Positions 58,621 through 63,773 of a stretch of DNA of 63,773 bases are shown here, one piece after another. The stretch is from Acidimicrobiales bacterium. Its GTDB lineage: Bacteria; Actinomycetota; Acidimicrobiia; Acidimicrobiales; VFJN01. Both the position numbers and the translations under genes were made by a program. Each line of letters begins with the position of its first letter. Within the stretch, counting starts at the first letter, position 1. The stretch is taken from positions 1 through 63,773 of the forward strand of contig JBBDWQ010000019.1 of the NCBI GenBank assembly GCA_040902805.1. Direction: 5' to 3'. The notes under the pieces were generated by a model. It had not been told where the DNA came from and made no database searches. It saw nothing but the letters and a program-made list of their open reading frames with translations.

Positions 58621-59744
58621 TGTCCGCGCCTGACGAGGCTCCGGGCTGGACCCACACCTCGTTGGCGCAGCAGATCGTCTTCGGCGCAGGATCGTTGAAC
58701 CGACTGCCCGAGCTCCTCCGAACCACTGGCGCTCGCAAGGCTCTCTTGGTCACCACCTCCGGACGCGCAGCATCGGATGACGGGAAGCGTCTGATCGTGA
58801 AGCTTGGGCGCGCGCTGGCTTCGACGTTCGGCGAGGTCGAGTCGCACGTGCCCGCGCCGCTGGTGCAGCAAGCAGTGATGCAGGCTCGTCGAGACGGCAT
58901 CGATGTGGTGGTGTCTTTCGGCGGCGGGTCGTCGGCCGACCTCGGCAAAGCGGTGTGCTTCTTCCTCGAACAGGAGGCGGGCATGCCGGGTTCGAGTCAT
59001 CTCGATCGTCCGCTCGTGCCGCACATCAGCATCCCCACGACCTACTCGGGCGCGGAGCTCACCCCCTTCTTCGGGGTGACCGACCCTGCCACCCGGCGCA
59101 AACAAGGGGCCGGTGGCCCCACCAGCGCCCCGCTCATCGCCATCTACGACCCGGAGCTCACGCTTTCCACTCCGGCGCGGGCGAGTGCTGAGACAGGCAT
59201 GAATGCGCTCGCCCACTGCGTGGAGGCGGTGTGGTCGCCCCACCGTACGCCCGAGGCTGAGGCCATCGCGCTTGCCGGGATCACCCGCATACGTCGCGCG
59301 CTGCCGACAGTCGTGAAGGATCCAGGGGATCTTGACGCGAGGACGTCGATGTTCGAGGGCGCCTTTCTCGGGGGTCGGTGCCTGCTCAACGCTGGGATGG
59401 GAGTGCACCACGGGCTCGCGCAGCTCGTTGGCGGGCGAGCCAACATCCCGCACGGGCTCGCCAACGCCGTGCTGCTCAGCCACTCCGTCCGCTTCAACGC
59501 TCGCGCAGTCCCGCAGGCGGTGGCGGCTATCGGCGAGGCGCTCGGGGATCGTGATGATGCGCCTGGAGCGATCGACGCGTTGCGCGACGAGCTCGGTCTT
59601 CCCGGTGGCCTTCGGGCCGCGGGCGTGGCGGAAGACGAGCTCCCCGCGGTGGCTCGACTGTCGCAATCAAACCACAACGTGGCGCGCAACCCGCGGCCGG
59701 TGAGCGAGCAGGACGCCCTCGCCATCCTGCAAGCCGCTTGGTGA
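58620..59744 (+). CDS. Iron-containing alcohol dehydrogenase family (maleylacetate reductase-like)
   Basis: GGGS..DLGKA, PTTYSGAE, NALAHCVE, HHGLAQ and PHGLANA. Confidence 0.88.
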   Translation: MSAPDEAPGWTHTSLAQQIVFGAGSLNRLPELLRTTGARKALLVTTSGRAASDDGKRLIVKLGRALASTFGEVESHVPAPLVQQAVMQARRDGIDVVVSFGGGSSADLGKAVCFFLEQEAGMPGSSHLDRPLVPHISIPTTYSGAELTPFFGVTDPATRRKQGAGGPTSAPLIAIYDPELTLSTPARASAETGMNALAHCVEAVWSPHRTPEAEAIALAGITRIRRALPTVVKDPGDLDARTSMFEGAFLGGRCLLNAGMGVHHGLAQLVGGRANIPHGLANAVLLSHSVRFNARAVPQAVAAIGEALGDRDDAPGAIDALRDELGLPGGLRAAGVAEDELPAVARLSQSNHNVARNPRPVSEQDALAILQAAW

Positions 59745-59763
59745 TTCCCATACCGTTGCGCCG

Positions 59764-60408
59764 ATGGGCAACCCTTCACCAACCCGGCTCACGTACCTTT
59801 CTGCAGCCGTAGTCGTGCTGTTGCTCAGCGCGTGTGGAGGCGGCGACGCCACCTCCTCGACGAGTGCCCCTGACACCTCGGCCACGCTCGTCGACCTCAC
59901 GACGACGCTGGCGACCACCAGCACCCCGGTGGCCGCCACCGGCATCGTGCTGCGTGGCGACGGGCTGGGCGTCGTGGCCCTCGGTGCCTCGACGGACGCA
60001 GCGGTCGCTGCGGTCTCGGCCGCACTTGGCGTACCGACGGTGGACACAGGTTGGGAGCCCGCCTTCAGTGCTTACGGCACCTGCCCCGGTGAGCGGATCA
60101 GGGGCGTCGGGTGGGACCATCTCGTGCTGCTGTTCACCGATGGCGACACCTCCTATGGAAGCGGTGAGCACTTGTTCACATGGAGGGTGACAGGCGCCTT
60201 GCCGGCGGTGACCACGGCGCAAGGTCTCGGCTTCCGCTCCACGGTGGCCGATGCTGAGCGGCTCTACCCGGGCGACGTCGAGGTCACAGAGCCCGAGGAA
60301 CCCTTCAGCGGCTTCGTTCAGATCACGCTCGAGGGAGGTGTGCTCACTGGGTACCTTGATGGTGACGTGATCACAAACCTCGAGGCCGGCGTGCAGTGCG
60401 GCGAGTAG
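59764..60408 (+). CDS. Lipoprotein with Thr/Ser-rich linker
   Basis: Lipobox LSAC, T/S-rich linker and LRGDGLG domain start. Confidence 0.75.
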   Translation: MGNPSPTRLTYLSAAVVVLLLSACGGGDATSSTSAPDTSATLVDLTTTLATTSTPVAATGIVLRGDGLGVVALGASTDAAVAAVSAALGVPTVDTGWEPAFSAYGTCPGERIRGVGWDHLVLLFTDGDTSYGSGEHLFTWRVTGALPAVTTAQGLGFRSTVADAERLYPGDVEVTEPEEPFSGFVQITLEGGVLTGYLDGDVITNLEAGVQCGE

Positions 60409-60457
60409 CGGCCGCCCCGCTTGGCGGCGCCCACAGCGGTTCGGCCAGCATCACCTC

Positions 60458-60832
60458 GTGAGCCTGCGCCAGATCCATGCTGACTTCGCGTGGGTGGTCG
60501 TAGCGACGAATGCTGTCGTCGGGCTGTGGGCGCTTGCCGCGCACTACGAGGAACGACTTCGTTCGTCCGCGTTGTGGCGGTGCACCTTGGCCGCGGAGGT
60601 CACCATCTTCATCGAAGTGGTACTCGGTGTCGCGCTGGTAGCGGTGAAGGACTTCGACGTGGCACAGTTCCACGCCTTCTACGGCTTCGTTGCCATTGCC
60701 ACCGTTGGCATCGTCTACAGCTATCGCCAACAGGTTGAGGCACACCGGTACCTGCTCTATGGCCTCGCTGGCCTGTTCCTCATGGGGCTGGCGCTGCGAG
60801 CCATCACCATCTCACCCGTACTGATCCCCTGA
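60458..60832 (+). CDS. Four-TM membrane protein
   Basis: Four hydrophobic segments with a QFHAFYG motif. Confidence 0.75.
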   Translation: MSLRQIHADFAWVVVATNAVVGLWALAAHYEERLRSSALWRCTLAAEVTIFIEVVLGVALVAVKDFDVAQFHAFYGFVAIATVGIVYSYRQQVEAHRYLLYGLAGLFLMGLALRAITISPVLIP

Positions 60833-60891
60833 GCCTGGAGCCTGCCCTGCTGACCACCGTTCACCGCGCCGCCATCGTTTCTCTGCCGCTC

Positions 60892-61197
60892 ATGGTTCTC
60901 GTGCAGGCAACGCTCGCTGGCCAGCACTTGTTTGAAGGCTCGGCCATCGCGCTGCACGGGATCCTTGGCAACGTGACCTTCTCCATCACCGTCATCAGCC
61001 TGCTCCTCACCGTCGTTCGACGGTCCGACGGAGTCGCCTTCGCGATCTCGGTCGCGCTGATGGCACTTACGTTCGCTCAAGTGGGGTTGGGCTATGTCGG
61101 ACGCGAAGCACTGACGGCTGCGGCATGGCACATCCCGCTCGGCGTCTCCATCTTCGGACTCGCCTGCTTCCAGCTATCGGAGCTGCGGCGCTCCTAG
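60892..61197 (+). CDS. Small membrane protein with His residues in TM helices
   Basis: Hydrophobic segments QATLAG, LHGILG, QVGLG and WHIPLG. The true start may be an upstream CTG near 60847-60850. Confidence 0.65.
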   Translation: MVLVQATLAGQHLFEGSAIALHGILGNVTFSITVISLLLTVVRRSDGVAFAISVALMALTFAQVGLGYVGREALTAAAWHIPLGVSIFGLACFQLSELRRS

Positions 61198-61207
61198 GTG
61201 TGGTCAG

Positions 61208-61444
61208 TCAGAGGTGGACGACGGGACACGTGAGGGTCCTGGTGATGCCGTCGATCATCTGCACCCGACTCACGACCATCTTTCCCAGTTCATCCACTGT
61301 GGATGCCTCTGCTCGGGCGATCACGTCATACGGGCCCGTGACGTCCTCGGCTGATACCACACCGTCGATCCCGCCAACCTCTGTGGCCACCTGAGCCGCC
61401 TTGCCTACCTCGGTCTGGATCAGGATGTACGCGCTGACCGCCAT
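61208..61444 (-). CDS. Lrp/AsnC ligand-binding-domain protein
   Basis: AYILIQTEVGKAA...VTGPYDVI...GITRTLTCPVVHL. SD GAGGAGG upstream. Confidence 0.92.
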   Translation of the reverse strand: MAVSAYILIQTEVGKAAQVATEVGGIDGVVSAEDVTGPYDVIARAEASTVDELGKMVVSRVQMIDGITRTLTCPVVHL

Positions 61445-61529
61445 CGAGCCTCCTCGTCGTGTGGACGCCCCGCATCGTAGCCAGGTCTACGAGCAGGAGA
61501 TCCGAGGTCGCGTATGGAACAAAAGGGGC

Positions 61530-61799
61530 GTGAAACCAGACGAGGTGCTTGTGCGAGAGGTACGGAGGGATCAGGACGACATCCTGGCCTCGCTGGCACT
61601 CGTGCGCGGTGACCGCTCCCTCGAGGACCGCCTGTTCGACCAGCTCGTCGACCTCCTCGTCGAGGGGATGTTCATCGAGCTGCGTCAGAGCTTTCACCAC
61701 GGGCTCCTAGACCGCGATGCCTACGTGGTGGAGCTGAGAGCGCTCGTGGAGATGTGCCGCTCGGTGGAGCTGCTGCCGCTGCGGGGCCGCCTCGCTTGA
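61530..61799 (+). CDS. Small helical hypothetical protein (89 aa)
   Basis: GTG after AAGGGG, amphipathic helical pattern, fills the intergenic gap. Confidence 0.6.
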   Translation: MKPDEVLVREVRRDQDDILASLALVRGDRSLEDRLFDQLVDLLVEGMFIELRQSFHHGLLDRDAYVVELRALVEMCRSVELLPLRGRLA

Positions 61800-61827
61800 T
61801 CGGGAGCCGGGGCTGAAAGACTGAGGC

Positions 61828-62562
61828 ATGACGGCTCGCTCGTTGGTGCGATACGACGACAACCTGCGGGAGCTGGTTGCCGGAAACCTGGCTGCCCACA
61901 AGCGTCGCGGCCAGGAGCTCGGTGAGCATCGCCACGCTGCGGTAGCGATCGTGCTCGTCGACTCGGTCTCTGGCGAGGACCGCATCGACCCGCACCAGCC
62001 AACCGACGCCGAGATGGACGTCATCCCCGGCGGTCCCGGTGGTCTTGACGGTCGCATGGTTGACGTCTCCGGAGGAGCGGCGTTCCTGTTGTGTCGGCGG
62101 GCGGCCGGACTCAACCGGCACGCGTCTCAGTGGGCGCTGCCCGGAGGCCGAGTCGACGATGGTGAGACGGTGATCGACGCGGCCACGCGCGAGCTGGACG
62201 AGGAGCTCGGCGTGTCACTTGGCGAGGAGGCAGTTCTCGGGCTGCTGGACGACTACACGACGCGGTCGGGGTATGTGATCACGCCGGTGGTTCTCTGGGG
62301 AGGCGGACCACTGCAGCTGCGTCCTGAGCCGGGCGAGGTGCTGGCGGCCTACCGCGTCGGCCTCCACGAGTTGCTGCGAGGGGACTCCCCACGGTTCGTC
62401 TCCATTCCCGAAAGCGACCGCCCCGTGGTGCAGATCCCTCTCGGCAACGACCTCATCCACGCACCCACGGGCGCGGTGCTCTTGCAGTTTCGGTGGCTTG
62501 GTCTGGAAGGTTGCAGCGACCCTGTGGCGGAGCTCGAGCAGCCGGTCTTCGCGTGGGGTTGA
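61828..62562 (+). CDS. Nudix hydrolase (CoA pyrophosphatase-like)
   Basis: HASQWALPGGRVDDGETVIDAATRELDEELG Nudix box and TRSGYVITPVV. Confidence 0.9.
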   Translation: MTARSLVRYDDNLRELVAGNLAAHKRRGQELGEHRHAAVAIVLVDSVSGEDRIDPHQPTDAEMDVIPGGPGGLDGRMVDVSGGAAFLLCRRAAGLNRHASQWALPGGRVDDGETVIDAATRELDEELGVSLGEEAVLGLLDDYTTRSGYVITPVVLWGGGPLQLRPEPGEVLAAYRVGLHELLRGDSPRFVSIPESDRPVVQIPLGNDLIHAPTGAVLLQFRWLGLEGCSDPVAELEQPVFAWG

Positions 62563-62571
62563 CTGTCCGGA

Positions 62572-63771
62572 CTACGAGTTGAGCCGCGTGGCCAGGGCGC
62601 CGAGCTCATGAGCGAGCTCAGATGGAAGCGTGCCGCCGACGGTCTGGTAGTGCGCCTCGAGCTGGGGAAGCTCGGCTCGCCATGACGCAGCGTCGACGCT
62701 GAGCAGCTCGGCCATCGTGGCGTCGGTGATGTCGAGGCCGGACGTGTCGATGGCTCCCGCGGCCGGAACCCGCCCGATCGGGGTGTCGACCGACTCTCCG
62801 GTTCCGGCGACGCGCTCCGCGACCCACTTGAGTACTCGGCTGTTCTCGCCGTAGCCGGGCCAGAGGAACTTGCCGTCGTCGCCCTTGCGGAACCAGTTCA
62901 CCCAGAACAGCTTCGGCAGCGCAGCACCCTCTCGGCCTCCGATCTCAAGCCAATGTCGGAAGTAGTCGCCCACGTTGTAGCCCGTGAACGGCAGCATCGC
63001 GAACGGATCGAACCGCAGCTCACCGACGGTCCCGGCGGCGGCGGCTGTCTTCTCCGAGCTCATGATCGAGCCCAGGAACACGCCCTGCTGCCAGTCGAAC
63101 GCCTCGGTGACGAGGGGTACGTTCGTGCCACGGCGGCCGCCGAAGAGGATCGCCGAGATCGGGACGCCGTTGGGGTCCTCCCACTCTGGCGCGATCGATG
63201 GGCACTGCGACGCTGGTGCAGTGAACCGCGCGTTGGGGTGGGCGGCCGGGGTGTCGGAGCCGGGCGACCAGTCGTTGCCCTTCCAATCGATGAGGTGCTC
63301 GGGCGCGACGGAGAGCCCCTCCCACCACACATCGCCGTCATCGGTGAGGGCTACGTTGGTGAAGATGGAGTTGGCGTGGAGTGAGGCGATGGCATTCGGG
63401 TTCGTGTCCTCACCCGTTCCGGGAGCGACACCAAAGAAGCCGGCCTCAGGGTTGATGGCGTAGAGACGGCCGTCGTCGCCGAACTTCATCCAGGCGATGT
63501 CGTCGCCCACCGTCTCGACCTTCCAACCGGGCAGAGTCGGGACCATCATCGCCATGTTGGTCTTGCCGCACGCTGAGGGGAACGCGGCCGCGACGTAGGA
63601 CTTCTCGCCAGCGGGCGAGGTGAGGCCAAGGATGAGCATGTGCTCGGCCATCCAACCGTCGTCGCGCGCCATCGTCGAGGCGATTCGCAGCGCGAAGCAC
63701 TTCTTGCCCAGCAGCGCATTGCCGCCATAGCCCGAGCCGTAGCTCCAGATCTCACGTGTCTCTGGGAAGTG
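62572..63771 (-). CDS. pckG: Phosphoenolpyruvate carboxykinase (GTP), 5' end outside the window
   Basis: [45 protein letters not shown] and [13 protein letters not shown]. Confidence 0.96.
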   Translation of the reverse strand, partial: HFPETREIWSYGSGYGGNALLGKKCFALRIASTMARDDGWMAEHMLILGLTSPAGEKSYVAAAFPSACGKTNMAMMVPTLPGWKVETVGDDIAWMKFGDDGRLYAINPEAGFFGVAPGTGEDTNPNAIASLHANSIFTNVALTDDGDVWWEGLSVAPEHLIDWKGNDWSPGSDTPAAHPNARFTAPASQCPSIAPEWEDPNGVPISAILFGGRRGTNVPLVTEAFDWQQGVFLGSIMSSEKTAAAAGTVGELRFDPFAMLPFTGYNVGDYFRHWLEIGGREGAALPKLFWVNWFRKGDDGKFLWPGYGENSRVLKWVAERVAGTGESVDTPIGRVPAAGAIDTSGLDITDATMAELLSVDAASWRAELPQLEAHYQTVGGTLPSELAHELGALATRLNS

Positions 63772-63773
63772 GG

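Overview
High-GC actinobacterial chromosomal window, most consistent with Acidimicrobiia (inferred from F420-type LLM oxidoreductases, fused Kgd, NucS, WS/DGAT, GTP-dependent PEPCK and frequent leaderless promoters). About 60 tightly packed genes cover lipid and acyl-CoA metabolism, phosphate transport (phoU, DUF47, PiT), sulfate activation (cysQ, cysDNC), signalling (Ser/Thr kinase, REC-EAL, a kinase-dead sensor module), ettA, kgd and several DNA-repair or nuclease genes (Mug, RecB-like nuclease, NucS, Xth, UvrD, DUF222-HNH, AbiEi-DUF559). I found no rRNA, tRNA, CRISPR array, integrase or transposase. The most unusual signals are: (1) an AbiEi/DUF559 nuclease gene bracketed by two related 51-bp REP-like palindromes, with a PafBC-type promoter and an adjacent G-quadruplex-capable tract; (2) a NYN ribonuclease-S1 protein fused to a histone-H1-like Lys/Ala tail that has its own in-frame SD and GTG start; (3) a shared TGTCAC-N10-(T/C)ANNNT DNA-damage promoter motif in front of three genes, one a 75-aa unknown protein; (4) C-terminal beta-clamp-like motifs on NucS, the RecB-like nuclease and an unknown SH3-like protein beside mug; (5) a small Sm/Hfq-fold-like ORF; (6) an SBP, His-less sensor and stand-alone receiver operon. 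Family assignments come from motif recognition by eye; no database searches were run.
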